Assembly: GCA_963693365.1 (NCBI GenBank)
Contig: CAVNZM010000001.1
Span: 9,943,661 to 10,007,660 of the forward strand
DNA: 64,000 bases
Direction: 5' to 3'
Source of the DNA: Amoebidium appalachense
Taxonomy: Eukaryota; Protista; Ichthyosporea
The position numbers were made by a program, and so were the translations under genes. The notes below the pieces were generated by a model that worked only from the letters and a program-made list of their open reading frames with translations, made no database searches and was not told the DNA's origin. This document shows positions 19,184 to 34,751 of the stretch, piece by piece (the stretch's first letter is position 1; the number at the start of each line of letters is the position of its first letter).

Positions 19184-20815
19184 TCAGTGGACCAGCTCCT
19201 TTGTGATCTCGGTGATACCGAAGCGCATCTTGCTATGCCACAAGCCATAGGAGAAGTAAACAATCAGACCGACGGCCAGCCAAACAAGGAATCGGTAGAG
19301 GGTCTCCACACCGGTCGAGGACATCAGCCAGATGCACATGGCCATGGACAGCACGGGCACAATGGGGAACTCGTAGCGCACTCCATTGCGGTTGATTGGG
19401 ATGTTGCCAAACACCCGGAAAAGACGCTGGGCATCGGGCTGGGTGAAGCGCAGAACAATGACGCCGAGGGACACGAGCACAAAGGCAAACAGAGTGCCGA
19501 TGGAAGACATATCGGCAAGCACGTCAATGGGGAGCACGGCGCTGGCAACGGCGATGAACACGCCGCTGATGATTGTGGTGACGTGGGGCGTGCCGAAGCG
19601 AGGGTGGATCTTGGCGCAGACCTCAGGCAGCAGTCCGTCCTTGGCCATGGAGTAGAAGATGCGGGGCTGGCCCATCTGCATGACCAGCAGCACGGACGTA
19701 AGACCACACATGGCCGCCAGCGTGACGTAGATCACAAGCCCCTTTCCGCCGATAGCGTCAGCAACAAGAGCCATGGGGGAGGCAGATTTGGCAAACTCGG
19801 TGTAGCTGATGACCCCCACAAGCACGGTGGACATGAGGATGTACAGCACCGTGCAGATGCCCAGGGAGCCGAGCACACCGATGGGGAGATCGCGCTGGGG
19901 CACCTTGGCCTCCTGCGCCATGCAGGTGACAGCATCAAAGCCGATGTAGGCAAAGAACACAACCACAGCCGCACGCATCACACCGGCAAAGCCATACACG
20001 TCGCCGCCTTCGTTGGGGGGCATGAAGGGTGTGTAGTTGTCGGGGTCGACCTTGGTGAAGCCCCAGATGATGACCGTGAGCACGGCCGAGCCCTTGATGG
20101 CCACGATGATGTGGTTCATCCATGCAGACTCCTTGATGCCCACCACCAGCACAATCGTCACAATCGTGCAGATCATCGCCGCGGGGAGATCGACGTAGTT
20201 GCCAGTGGTGACAAATGAGCTTGCCTTGGCATCCCACGTGATGGGTGCAGAGCAGAAGCGGTGGTCGAAAGTAACTCCGAATGCGGCCTTGAAGAACTTG
20301 GAGAAGTAGGCCGACCAGCCCACAGCCACGGCGGCAGAGCCAATCATGTACTCGAGAAGAAGCGTCCAGCCAATGACCCAAGCCACCAGCTCACCGAGTG
20401 TTGCGTAGGCAAAGGTGTACGCGCTGCCGGAGATCGGGATCATGGTGGCCATCTCGGTGTAGCACAGACCAGCCAGGGCAGAGGCAATGCCGCCGATCAG
20501 GAAGGAAATCACCACGGCAGGGCCAGCATACTTGCCGGCAGCCACACCGGCCAGCACGAAGATACCCGTGCCGATGATGGCGCCAATACCGATGAGCATC
20601 AGGTCGATCCCGCTCAGCACACGCTTAAGGCCACTGTCAGCCTGCGACTCGGCCACAAGTCCAGCAAAGGACTTTGTGCACCACAGCTGCTGCCACTTGC
20701 TCATGACCGGCTCAGAGGACCCCACAGGCACGCTGGAGCCATTGTTGTTGTAGTCGATGTCCGTGACGCCGGCATCCACGTTGGGCGCTCCATCCCACTT
20801 CTTCTGGTCGGCCAT
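19184..20815 (-). CDS. APC-superfamily amino-acid permease (cationic amino-acid transporter/YfnA-like), intronless
   Basis: GIGAIIGTGIFVL, AGPAVVISF, GLCYTEMATMIPISGSAYTF, FFAYIGFD, QPRIFYSMAKDGLLP, HPRFGTP, many hydrophobic TM segments and strong GC3 bias. Likely start is ATG 20815 (MADQKK). Confidence 0.95.
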   Translation of the reverse strand: MADQKKWDGAPNVDAGVTDIDYNNNGSSVPVGSSEPVMSKWQQLWCTKSFAGLVAESQADSGLKRVLSGIDLMLIGIGAIIGTGIFVLAGVAAGKYAGPAVVISFLIGGIASALAGLCYTEMATMIPISGSAYTFAYATLGELVAWVIGWTLLLEYMIGSAAVAVGWSAYFSKFFKAAFGVTFDHRFCSAPITWDAKASSFVTTGNYVDLPAAMICTIVTIVLVVGIKESAWMNHIIVAIKGSAVLTVIIWGFTKVDPDNYTPFMPPNEGGDVYGFAGVMRAAVVVFFAYIGFDAVTCMAQEAKVPQRDLPIGVLGSLGICTVLYILMSTVLVGVISYTEFAKSASPMALVADAIGGKGLVIYVTLAAMCGLTSVLLVMQMGQPRIFYSMAKDGLLPEVCAKIHPRFGTPHVTTIISGVFIAVASAVLPIDVLADMSSIGTLFAFVLVSLGVIVLRFTQPDAQRLFRVFGNIPINRNGVRYEFPIVPVLSMAMCIWLMSSTGVETLYRFLVWLAVGLIVYFSYGLWHSKMRFGITEITKELVH

Positions 20816-22210
20816 TTTAGTTGGCAGGCTACTATACAACGGGAGGTTGCAGGTGCGTTGGAGAACAAGGGTAGTCTGACTGGTAGTCTGCAGATGCCCC
20901 AACGCAGAAGCGAACTGAACTGAAGGTTTTTGAGCCGCAACCGCAATTTATACTTTTTGTCTGGCCATAAGCGGCCACATCGGCCAGGCACTGGTCATGG
21001 CAGAGCTGCGTATGATTATTCACCAATTATATTTGGTAAAGCCATGAGAGTCTGCGAACTCGAACCTACTGTAAGTCTGTAACGCGGTGGGAAAACTGTT
21101 TGTTTTATGCGTTCAACATTGCTAAACGGAATTAGAAGGATATGAAAATGAGTTAGCTTCTCCCTGTTTCAGTCCCTACAATTTTTTTTTTTGGCCGAGT
21201 TAATTCGAATTATTCTCAGCGAATCTCAAGATCCGTGATCATCCATCTCATATGCATGATATATGTCACATGTTGGGAATGAATCCTGCTTGAACTTGAA
21301 TTCAAAGACCTCACTCAAGAACGTTGATTTTTTTAGAGCATTTTTAAGCCACTACAAACAATAAGTAGTCACTAAGTTGCCACGGAATCCACTCAGATAT
21401 CATGATTTCTAGCCTTTGCCCAGTATGCCACTTTGCGAAGGTCCCCCCAAACCGCATAGGAATTTATGCGCGTATACGTATACGTATGAGCAAAATACAT
21501 ATAGGATACGCATATATATATGTATACGTATATGCATATATATGTATATAAATATATAAGATCTCTGTCACAAAAAACATAAGTATGATCGTTTCATCAA
21601 ATTTTTAGTGCGCAGCCCCCGCGAGTGAATTTGAGTTTGAGAACGTTTGTAATGGCCTGTGCATGCATATGTGAAGACGTCGACGTCACATGATCATGTG
21701 ATGATTCATTGAATCATGAATATCATCTCCTCCGTATCCGAGAATAAGGTTTTTATTTTCTTCTCTGATATCTGTGATATCTTGATTGCTTCTCTTTTTG
21801 GCATCTCAATAAAGTCTTTAAAAAAATGAATGTCACTGTCACTGTGCATGATTGATGTACTGCGGCCTCGAGTCTTGGGTGATGCCAGATACCTGTGCAA
21901 GGAGTGCTTACCTATTGGACAAGAATGCCTCACCAATCAAAGAGCTTTTCCAGCGATTTAAGAAACTCCGATTGGCGTATACTGTGTGCCAATCGGAATT
22001 CGGACACTCCCAAACTCCAATCGGAAATCAGTGTGAATTTTCCAAATTGCCGGTGAAGATACAGCGGCTGACTGTATCGGATCCGCTAGCGGCGCGCGGG
22101 CCCCGGGCGGCGGCCCTGCCCGAGCCCCCGGCCCATGGCCCAGGCAGTGCAGGCACTGGCAGGCACGCTGCATGCGGGCCCATTGCAGACACGCATGTAC
22201 ACGCACGCAC

Positions 22211-22300
<90 letters not shown>

Positions 22301-23346
22301 GAACACACGCACACGCGCACAAACGCACACACGCACGCACAAACGCACACACACACGCACACGCACACATGCAGTACACACACACGTCGCACACACACGC
22401 ACACACACACACACGCACACACACAAGCAGGTACACAAACAAGCACACAGTACCGTCCCAAATCCCCTCTCGCCCCTTCCCCCCACACACACACGTGTCA
22501 CACACACATAAGCAAGCACACACAGAAACGCACCCGCAAACACACGCACAACACACACACACACACAGACACGCGCATAGACACACACCACCACCACCAC
22601 CACCACCACCACCACCACCCCCACCCCCACCCCAAACGCACCGTGACACACGCTTTTGTGTGCATGTGCCACGGTTTATGTTCAATTTCAATAATAATTA
22701 TTATTGATGCCACGGTATGTTGCCGAGGTAATATTAGTATCATGTGTGACACATGATGGGTGGTTTAATGCATGTGGGTCTCGATGGGGTCGCCCGTGTG
22801 TTTGTGTCAGTGTGGCCTGGAACCCTGTACGTATGCGAGAGTGTGTGAGTACATGCATGCGTCACGGTATCATGTGTTGTGTGTTACCACCGACGGGGAA
22901 GTTGTCTGTTCACTACAGTAAATTTGTGGGACGAGCACGACCGTGACATGCACAGTGCACACGTGTACATGTATCATAAATAATAACTGGAGCACACTAT
23001 GGCACCCACCCACACACAAACAAGCAGGCAACGCAAATTTTCAAACCACACACCCAAATAAACAGGCACACGGACACACACAATGTCATAGCACTGACAT
23101 TCATAGCCACCTGCCCACCGCCCACACAAAACAGGCAAAAACCGCACCACAGAGTCCACACCACACATTTATGCCTGTGTGATCACGCACGCGCTTGCGG
23201 ATCATCGGGCGCGCAACACACACACAATCACACACATGCACGCGCACACACACTCGCACACGCACACACACGAAGTCGTACACACACACGGTGACACACA
23301 CACACACACCCACACACAAACACACACACACACACACATGTACACA

Positions 23347-23439
<93 letters not shown>

Positions 23440-23490
23440 ACAGACGCACACGCACACACACACGTGCACACACACACAACACACACACAC

Positions 23491-23619
<129 letters not shown>

Positions 23620-26438
23620 CATCACTGGACGAAGGCTAGCTGCCTTGATATGATCTTTAGTACCTACATCACTTGAGTATTACAAGCAGGGGCGGAGGGG
23701 AGGGGGGGGGGCCGGGGGGAAGGGGCAGAAGGGGAGGGGGGGGGGGGGTAAGGGAGGGGGCCTGCACACCCAAGACCATCCACCTGCGCACACACCCACT
23801 CACCCCCCAATCCACGGTTTCAGTCCGAATGATTTGATTTAAACTATCCCCCCTCCCCCCTTCTCATCCCCCCTTCCCCTTCTTATTCCCCCCCCCCCCC
23901 CCCCCCCCCCATGGGGGGTGGAAGGTTTTAGCCACAACCTTCAGGCCCTGCGCACCTCTCTAGCACCCTAACTAGGACACAGTCGGTGCTGTGTGGAAGG
24001 TAGTTCCATGAGGGCCCCCGGGGGGGTCCCTGCGGGAACAAAACGGAATAAAAAAAGGCGGAGGAAAAAAAACATAGGCCCTGAGCATTCGATTCCGCAT
24101 GGCATTCAATGTGTTGCTACACAATCCGGACCTTATTAGTGCACGTTATGAGGCATGCCTGAACCCGGTCTCTGTTGAAAATTCGATCATAGTAATTCAA
24201 TTAGGTTCCACAATTACACCACAAACGAAGCGGAGCAGTGCCTCATGCAAGCTGAATCACCATGGGCTGGGCAACCACCCCAATCAATCGATGGATTGAC
24301 TAGACTGCCTTCGATGAAAATCATTCGTTTCGCAAACGGATGAGTGGCACAATCGCACCTAAACGGTGTTGATCATTGGTCGTCCACAATATTGCAGACT
24401 TCACGCCAACGCACCAACCACACAGGCTGAGATATGCCCCCCCCCCCCCCCCCCCCCCCCCTCAAACACCTCTGTGACTCCGCCGCTCCTATTTCCCTGG
24501 AGTCCTCCCCCTCCCCCTCCCCCCCCCCCCCCTCCCCCCTCCCCCCCCCCCGCCAACTCCTCCCCCCTATCTCCCCCCCCTTCCCGGGCCCCCCTAGAGC
24601 CCCGCCCCCCCCTGGCTTTCCCATCCAGGCCCTACCTTCCCCAACCTTTGCCCCGAATCTCCGAATGACCCCCCTCCCCCTCCCCCCCCTCCCCCCCCCC
24701 TCCCCCCTTCCCCCAAACCCCCCTCCCTCCCCCTCCCCCAAACAACCCCCCCCCCCCCCCCCGCCGCCCCACCGGGGGCGGAAAAGAACGCATAAACACA
24801 CACACTCTGTCACTTACAAACCTTGAGTGCCACGTGCGTAATAACGGACAATCCTGCCATTCATGCTCGGTGCGCATTTTTTGTCTATTGTGTGTGTGCG
24901 AGCAGAGATTTTAGCAGCCATACGGTGTGTGTGTGTGTGTGTGCGTGCGTGCTATGTGGTCACTAGGTGTGTGCACCCACACACGATTCACTGTTTGTGT
25001 TCTCTCACAGTGTGTGTGTGTGTGTGTGTGTGTGCACATGTGTGCCTGCTCCTTTATTTTGGTGCTTGTTTTCAAAGTTTCCAAAGTTCTCTCTGATAAT
25101 GGTGGTAGACGTTGTAAGGTGAGGAGAGGCACAAACGAGAGCACACTTTCTTCCTTTTTTTTTGTTGGGGGAGGGGGAGGTGGGGGGGGGGGGGGGGGGG
25201 GAGGGGGGGGGGGGGGGAGGGGGAAGGGGGCGGGGAGGGGGTCGAGGAAGGGTTGGGTTGTGTGTGTGTGTGTGTGTGTGTATGTGTGTGTGTGTGTTGG
25301 TGGAGGGGAGGGGAGAGGGAAGAGATGGTTCAGTGCAGTTCTGAATTGTGAATAAAGTTTGCTGGTCGGGTGACATGACTTCAGCTAATAATATGGGCAG
25401 TGGCTACGATCGCAAACCATAATGACCATTGCACCTCAAGAGTGCATCATAGTCGGTCACATGTGTCCGATAGACACCTGAACGTATGACTGCCCAGCAG
25501 GTGTTGGGCCATGCTGTGGGAGCATTAACATGCAAGTATGTCGTTTGATTGTGGGACAGAATACACATTTCATGCACGGCTAGGGTGCCGCTATACTATG
25601 TTCACGCACGAAGACATAGCATGGAATTTCAAAGTTGACACTACACAGAATGTGACACCGATTGTCAAATTGAACATCATGGATAGAAGTGAAATTATCA
25701 AAATATTCAAGTTCAAGTGATTATTTTTTTGGGCATTGAAGTTCACTTATCCTCCACGGGAATGCGGGAAAACCGAATTGTACACCTGTTGACATTGTAT
25801 AACCCGTCTACATTAATTTTGCATCGTTCAGTTCCATTAAGGTTCATCCCCTGTCCTTCCCTTGCTCTCGGCCACATTTGAGTGTTGAAATATTCGTTCT
25901 TGCTCCTCTCTTCCTTCACCTATGCTGCCCTTCCTTTTCTGTCAGTGAATTTTATGTGCGACAACTATTTGTTCCTTTCCCATTCCTTCCTTCATCTCGG
26001 CATTCTTTTCCCAAATGTGTGCACGAATTTTTGACATCTTTGTTGTCCTGATTCCCTCCCTGCCCTTGTACATGTCTTCCTTCAATTTTCGATCAATGAT
26101 TTTTTTCCAACGTTGTGCACCAAAGTTTTTGCGCCCTTTCCCAGCCCCTCCCCCTCCCCCCCCCTCCCCCCCCCCCCCCCCCCCCCCACCCCCCCCCACC
26201 CCCACCCCCTCCCTCTTTCCCTCGGTTAGCTTCAAAGTATCATGCACAAATAGTTTATCATATCGCCTGAATTTGGTGCCTTTGGGGGGGGGGGGGGGGG
26301 GGGGGGGGGGGCTACCTACTATTGCCATGATGTCCTAATTTTTCGCGAGATCTAGATGCTCGCGAGATCTAGATTTGTCATTGGTGCTTTTTTTCCTCCT
26401 AGGTGCCCCCCCCCCCCCCCCCCCCCTCCCCCCCCCCC

Positions 26439-26477
<39 letters not shown>

Positions 26478-26715
26478 ACAACCAAACAACAACAACAACA
26501 ACAACAACAATTGTTACAACAACAACACCAACAACAACAACAACAACAACAACAACAGATAAGGAGGAAAAGGTGTATATCTCCCTTCTTTTCTTTCTGG
26601 AGGCTGCTAAATTAAGATGTTCAATCAGACGTTTTTAGTTTTCTTCCGCACATCTTTCCCGATCATTTTTTACAATGCATGCGTACGTGTGCATGTGTAC
26701 GTACATACGTGTGAG

Positions 26716-26750
<35 letters not shown>

Positions 26751-29138
26751 TGGGGGGGGGGGGGGGGGTATGAGGGGGGGGGGGGGGGGGGGAGGGGAGG
26801 ATAGTGTTCTGATTGGTGACGCATATGTTGAGCGTGAGGGTGAACGGAAGTTGGTGTGGGGTGCCCCAGAACGGAGGGAAGGGGGGTGTGGGGTGGGGGG
26901 GGGGGGGGGGGGGGGGGGTTGTTCCTTCGGGTTTCGTTGGATTTAGGAGCGTGGTTCTGCTGTCAGACGTGTGAAATATGTTTCAGCAAATGATGTGGGG
27001 CAGCGCAACCCAAGACTATGGCATCTGTGTCACTCTGGATGCAGATGCGGCATTCCCAGGCCTACGAAATGAGTTCGTGCCAATCCATGACCGGCAGGTT
27101 CGCTTGAAGCTGCCCGACAGGTGTGGGTGTATACTCCGTGAGCCTAACATCAAAGTTTTGGGGTTTGATTGTGGGACGAAAAACGGTCATGCACTCAGTC
27201 TATGATGGTGCTTGTTCAGCATCGGATTGAGCGATGGTATTGTTGGTTGGGGCTGTGGAATGGAAAGAAGAGGATGGAAGCTATTAGTTACATAAATAGT
27301 GAAATTCATTGCACGCGCGCAGTAGGTGTACACATTTTCGGTTTTGGAGCTTGAAAATATGGTGTTTTCCCAGGATCCTTGAGCTCAAACCGCACCAGAG
27401 GAATAGCTTGGGACCAATTATGTTCCACTAGTTTAAAGTTGAACCTAAACTGATCCGTTATCATGAAGCTGTGGACCGTCGCTAGCCTTGAAATTGGTGC
27501 GCATGTATGCGGTGAAACCCGATGTGTAAGTTAGAGGGTAGGCCAGGCTGGCCATGTCGTGTATTTACAACAAGACCTCTAGGAGCTCTGCTGTGTATAA
27601 GATACGGGGTGTTGTTTGGTTGCCAATGTTGCAAATTCGCTTGTTTTCCTTTTTTCCAGAATTCAACCGGATTTAATGGTATTCGGAACTTTAGATCATG
27701 TGCATGTTCAAATTTTGTCACGCTCACCGAGTACACTGCCCTGAGATTTACATAGACGAATACGCGAACACTTGAAATAGTAGCCGCAGATCATGATTTT
27801 AAGAAAATTTCCATGATCAAATCTTCCCACCTTATTGGTGCAGTAAATTCATGTGTAGAAAGGGTGTTGGGCCAACCCTCCTCCCCCCCCCCCCCTCCTC
27901 CCCCCCCCCCCCCCCCCCCGCGCCCCACCTCCCCCCCCCTTCCCCTTCCCCTCCCCCCCCCCCCCCCCCCCCCCCCCCACCCACCTTCCTCCCGCGTAAA
28001 CTCAATCCCCCATTCTCCTCCATCCCCCTGCAGCTGGCCACAACCCTTCTCCCCCCCCCCCCCCCCCCCCCCCTTCCCCTCCCCCGGTCTGTGCCCCCCC
28101 TTCCCCCCCCCCCTCCCCCCCCCCGGCTCCCCAAACCCCCCCCCCCCTCCCCCCCTTCCCCCCGGGGGCACGGTCACCGTGGATGCTAAGCCACAACTGA
28201 TAGGCCCTGGGTTTATGCTGAACCTTGGTGCGCGATATGACGAATGCATGCCTGAAGCTGCTCTCTAATTACGTCATTGTATCACGGTTAATCCCACGAT
28301 TGCATTCCAAACAACCCGGAGCAAAACCCCCGTTCCAGCTGGAACACCTTCTGGGCGACCATCCCAAGCGATCAACCCATCGCAAATCTGCCTTCGATGC
28401 AATGTCGAGAGGCAGTTGCCCGAGTGGATCAGTGTCCACATTTGGACGGTTTGCTCATTGGTCGTCCACAATTGTGAAGACATCACGTCACAACACTGGC
28501 CGCACAGCCTCGGCTATACCACCCACTCCCTCCCCCCCCTCCCTCTCTCCCCCCTCCCCCGCGGCCCCTCCTCCCCTCCTTCTCCCCCCACCCCCCCCCC
28601 CCCCCTCCCCCCTCTGACGTCCCCGGTCCCCTCTCCCCCCTCCCCCCTACCCTGCCCCTCCCTTCCCCCTTCCCAACCCCATCAGTCCATCCCCTACCTT
28701 CTCCACCGTTTACTGGATCCCCGAATGCCCCATGATGCAACCAACTCTCACTAATTATGCCATTTCAAAATTTGAAAACGTGAACACACATGTTGTCCCA
28801 CACCTTAGTAACATTGTTATGGACAGCTGTGTTTCACATGTTTCACATGTCACTATGATGCATCAGGTTGTACGCACAATTTGGGCTTATTACATCTGAA
28901 TCAGGAGAATCCTTTTCTTTAAATGCTTTTCAATACCTCCCCCCCCTCCCCACCACCACCACCATCACCACCACATCTCTGTTCTTACCCTCCCACCAGC
29001 CTGTGTGTATTGACAAGCATTTAAAGAAAAGGCGACACACACACACACACACACACTGCATAGTCTAATGCCACCACTGTTGGCCTTGCGAAGGTAATAA
29101 TGGGAATAACTTTGGCACCACATCACAAGTCCTCAAAT

Positions 29139-29170
<32 letters not shown>

Positions 29171-29250
29171 ACCCCCCCGGGCCCTGTGTGGAAGAGAACG
29201 CATACACATACACCCTCCTTGCGCGCGCGCGCGTGTGTGTTTGTGGTGAC

Positions 29251-29293
<43 letters not shown>

Positions 29294-29429
29294 GGTGTTT
29301 GTGTGTGAGTGTATTTGTGTGTAAGAGAGTTTATTGGTGTGTGTGTATTGTGTGTGTCGACGCCCGCGCACTTGCTTGCGTTGACACACACACTACACAC
29401 GAACCAATAAACTCTCTCGCACACAAATA

Positions 29430-29560
<131 letters not shown>

Positions 29561-29918
29561 GCACCACACGCACAGCACGCACCAGCACGCACCAGCACGC
29601 ACCAGCACGCACAATGTTTCACGCACATGCACGCACATGCACGCACACGCGCACACACACGCACGCACACGTGCTCGCCGTGTGACACGCACACGCACAC
29701 GCACACCCGCGCACACGTGCGCACAAACACACACGCACAGTATCTTGGGTAGCTGGTGTGTAACACTTTCCAAGGGCTTTTTTTTTTTTTTTGGGTGGAA
29801 AGTGTTACATGGACACAACGTTAACAGTGTAGGGCTTTCTTTTTCCCCACGGGGGAAGGGGAGGGGGGGAGGGGAAGGGGAAGGGGGGGGGGAAGGGGGG
29901 GAGGGGGCTATTGCTTTC

Positions 29919-29961
<43 letters not shown>

Positions 29962-30118
29962 TACTGTAGCAGGAACTCTACTTCGTGATTGTAAATCTAG
30001 CCACTTTTCAGTTGCACACGCCGAATTTCAAAGTTACAAAAAAAAAAAAAAAAAAAAACTACACAAAACAACACGTCCCCCCCCCCCCCCCCCCCCTCCC
30101 TGCCTTCCATATGCCATA

Positions 30119-30171
<53 letters not shown>

Positions 30172-30720
30172 AAAAAAAAAAAAAAAACAGGAAAAAAAAA
30201 GGAAAGAAAGAAAAAAAAAAGAGAAGGTAAAAAAAAAAAAAGAAAGAAAGAAAAAAAAAACGAACCAAAAGCCTCCTTTTTAAACCGTTTCAAACCCATG
30301 CATGTGCGATTAGACAACTAGAGACTCTGTGGCTATCCTTTTCATGCACTTTTCCTACTCTCACGGCGGCATACGTCTTCAAGTACCATATAACCAGCTG
30401 CATGAGATTGTATCACGCCGGTCTAGGCTACATTGAGCTATGGTGCCATGTACCTCTCTCACCGTTCAGTCCCAAGAACTATTATTGGATCTATACATCT
30501 GACACCTTACCAACATTTACTCGAGGACAGTGCGGTAACGAGGAATTTACTTAATAACGCATGAATGCCTGGCCCTGCCATTATAACCCCCCCCCCCCCT
30601 CCCCCCCCCCTCTCGCCCACGTGCACCACCACCATCACCCGCACACACACATATCACACACATGCTGCAGCATCCGAATGTGCACACTCACACACAGTCA
30701 CGGGCGCGCACACGCGTGCA

Positions 30721-30769
<49 letters not shown>

Positions 30770-31258
30770 ACCCCTCCAAAAAAACAAAAAGTTGTGCCTC
30801 TGCCCCCTCCCCCCCCCCCCCTCCCCCCCCCCCCCTCCCCCCTCCATACCAAGTCCCCCTTCCGGTTGCCTCGGGTTCCAAGTTCTCCCTATTGCCACGT
30901 CAGAAACAGCCAGAATGTGAATATACAAGAGGTCGTAAACTTAGTAACCTAGATCGGAATAGCTTGAAACAACATGAGCCTAGATGCAAACGCACGGTAT
31001 CATCACGAATCCCTCTTTAGCGAAAACAATAGAATACTGTTCACAACCACTGCCCCCCCTCCCCCCCCCCCCTCCGCCCCCCCCGCCACACACACACACA
31101 CGCACACGTGCACACGACATTATGCATGTGCGCATGTGTGTGATTTACATGGGACTTGTGAGGTACGATGTGTCACACGGTGTCAATGATTTTCATGCAT
31201 GTGGGTCTCTATGGGGATGCCCGTGTGTGTGGCCGTGTGGCCTGTGCCTTGCATGTAT

Positions 31259-31351
<93 letters not shown>

Positions 31352-31455
31352 GGGGGGGGGGGGGAGAAAGAGAGAGAGAGAGAAAGAGAGAAAGAGAGGG
31401 GGAAGGGGGGGGGGATAGAGAGAGAGAGAGTGAGTGAGAGAGAGAGTGAGAGAGA

Positions 31456-31550
<95 letters not shown>

Positions 31551-31842
31551 CGTGCGGCGTGCTGTGAGACGGTCATGTTGGGAATTTTTCAGGCGGGGAA
31601 GTTTCCTATGCGCAAAACGGTGTCCCTGCGACCGTGTGATAGAGACATGGATGTGTGTTTAACCCTCTTGCTGTAACAAACAGTTCGTGTACATGTACAC
31701 GGGATACCTATCTACATTATCTCCAATCGATTAATCAAGGCCCCTTCATTTATCTCAACACTTTTTTTTATTCCCTCTCATGAGATATCTGCTATGTTCT
31801 TGCCCCTCGATAGTTTATATTTCGAAAAATTCATCAAGGAAC

Positions 31843-31895
<53 letters not shown>

Positions 31896-32968
31896 AGGGA
31901 TCGACAGGCAGGAACTGTATTCACGAATGTGTGCCTGTCCTTTTTTTGTTTTTGGTTGGTTTGTTAATTTTGGACTTCACTTTCACTTCGATCTCTTAGC
32001 TGTCACGTCAACTTTTTTCCCCGATTCTTCACCATGGCAGGTATATAAAGGCTTTCGTTTCTTCTTTTTGTGGTGGGAGGGAGTCCCACTCAGGGGAACG
32101 TGACTGCAGCATGTGTGTGGTGTGGCCTGGTGTATTCCTATTGCTGTGAGAGTGTGGGGGCATCTCCCTTTCGCGGATTTTCTCGCTTGAGAAGTGGTTT
32201 CTTCAACGCCTGGTGGTCCACTGCAACCTATGGTAACTTCTACACGCTGTCTACGCTTCTACGCGACCTATTGGCGGTGGGCTGCTGCAATTTCTTCAGC
32301 TACTTCTGCGCTGCGTGAGTGGAGGGGCGGCTACTTGGTCGTCGGGGAGCTTTCCAAGTGACTGCCAGTCCTTAGCCTCCAGTCGTATGGCAATGACCGG
32401 GTTTGCTTGCATGCATTCTGTAATTGTGTTCTTCTGTGTGTCCTGCCACAACTAGGCCACCTTATCAGAGAGCTAGATGCAGTTTCTCCGGGTTATCTAG
32501 GGGCCGGGCCCGTTGGGATTGTTTTTTAGCTCAGATTTGGTCTGCATTGCTCTTTTAGAGGCTGACTTGCTTGCTGTGCCTCGGTAGGTTTTGAGGGGGG
32601 CCTGTTGGGAAGCAGCAGTAATGATGTCTTCTTGCGGAGCGTGGTCTGGTCAACATCGATGCATATGACTAGTTGGAGCAAAGTAGTTTCACGCATACAC
32701 GTACACTTAAGGTTTTGCCCGCTGGTGTCCTTTGTCACTTGTCGCTTTATTTTTATTTCGTAGCTTTGGCTTTTTCAGTTCTAATGGTGGTTATGTAGCC
32801 TGTGGCTGCACGTTGCCTTCATCAACGGATCAATAAAACCGAGTCAAAAGAAAAAAATGTTATTTTTAAAAGTCCCCCCCTCCGCTCGGACACCTCCCCG
32901 GGAAGGGGGGGGGAGGGGGGGAGGGGGGGGAGGGGGGGGGGGGGGGGGGGGGGTCCTCTCCGTGAACT

Positions 32969-33000
<32 letters not shown>

Positions 33001-33320
33001 CCACCACCACCACCACCACCACCACACTACCACCACCACTTCCCAGGTTGCAAGCTACACATGAAACGAGTCAACCTCCCCCCCCCCCCCCCCCCCCCCC
33101 ACTCCCTGCATATTATCGATTCCCCCCCCCCCCCCCCCCCTTCTCCCCCTTGCAATTTATTGATAAAAGTAGTTGAAGAGCCTGTATGCATACCCAATCA
33201 CCAGCCTTGAAATATTAACTCAGTGAGAGCCCAGTGCTGACTCGGTGATCCTGGCATGTCAGGCTAACTTGGAGTTCTGGCAAAAACTACAAAAACTGCG
33301 GTACTAACTAGAGCTAGAGG

Positions 33321-33553
<233 letters not shown>

Positions 33554-34031
33554 TTCTCCTGGGGCCCCCCAGGGGGGGGAGGGGGTCGTCTTCTTTTCTT
33601 CTGAGGATTTATTAAAGGCTATAATGATAGCCCTAATGCCAAGTTCACGATGCATGCCGCATCATTTTACTCCCCTTTCCTTTTTTTTTTTTTCCGTCCC
33701 ACAATCTAAGTACCCATTCTTTTAGATGTGACTCTGCATGGCTTGAGTCCCAAAATGTTGGGTGACCCATTCCACCCTGCATCAACTTGCCAGTTAATTG
33801 TAAAAGACATTGTCCAAACATGACTGTCACACCGGCATTCTGCTTCGCCACTGTTGGTGGTACTGCTATCCGCACGGGTCGCCCATTTGTATTGCTTAAT
33901 GGTAGATAGCCCCAACTGCTCGTACATTTCGGTAGAGGAAGTGTAGGGTGCCAGTCTTGCTGTTTCTCTTTTTTCCCTCTTCTCTTTTCTCTACTAAGTA
34001 TTTTTTTTCTTTTTTGGATGTGTGTCACGGG

Positions 34032-34149
<118 letters not shown>

Positions 34150-34191
34150 TGTTGTGTGTGTTGGTGTGTGTGTGCGCGCGTGCCAGTGTGT

Positions 34192-34222
<31 letters not shown>

Positions 34223-34714
34223 GGGGGAGAGGGGGCCCGAAAATAGAGGGGGAGGGGGGGGGGGAAGGGGGGCGTGAGTGTATGCCGATAAGCGTACGCG
34301 CGTGGGGCAAGCGGGGCGGGGCGGGGGGGAGGGGGGGGGGGGGGGGGGGGGGGTCTAAAAAGCAACCCGTGTGTGATGGATATAAAGCAAGCCTCATTTC
34401 CGGTAACACACAATAAAAAAACGCTGCACTGTACCATTGAAAAAAAAATGCATTGTGTATTTCTTCAGGGTTTTTTCCCTCTCATACAAAACCCATAAAA
34501 ACCGATTAGTGCCTGGCCTGGGAGGCACAGTGACTGCACACAAAGTATTTTCACCATCCCATTGGCAAATAAACGGTTAAGGTGGAATGGAGCCATCCTT
34601 GGCCCGGACCAGAACCGAGTCATCCCGGCATACTGACCATTTAAAAAAAGAATGGCCCCGTATGGTTAAAACTTTTGGCAGGTGTCATGCTATTCAGGCG
34701 GCACCAGGGTGGGT

Positions 34715-34751
<37 letters not shown>

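Noticed and set aside
19148-20923. Long + strand ORFs (356 aa and 220 aa)
   Set aside because: They are antisense shadows of the GC3-rich permease gene.
25380-27780. Possible exons or transposon remnants
   Set aside because: Short complex-sequence ORFs with no identifiable domain or splice chain.
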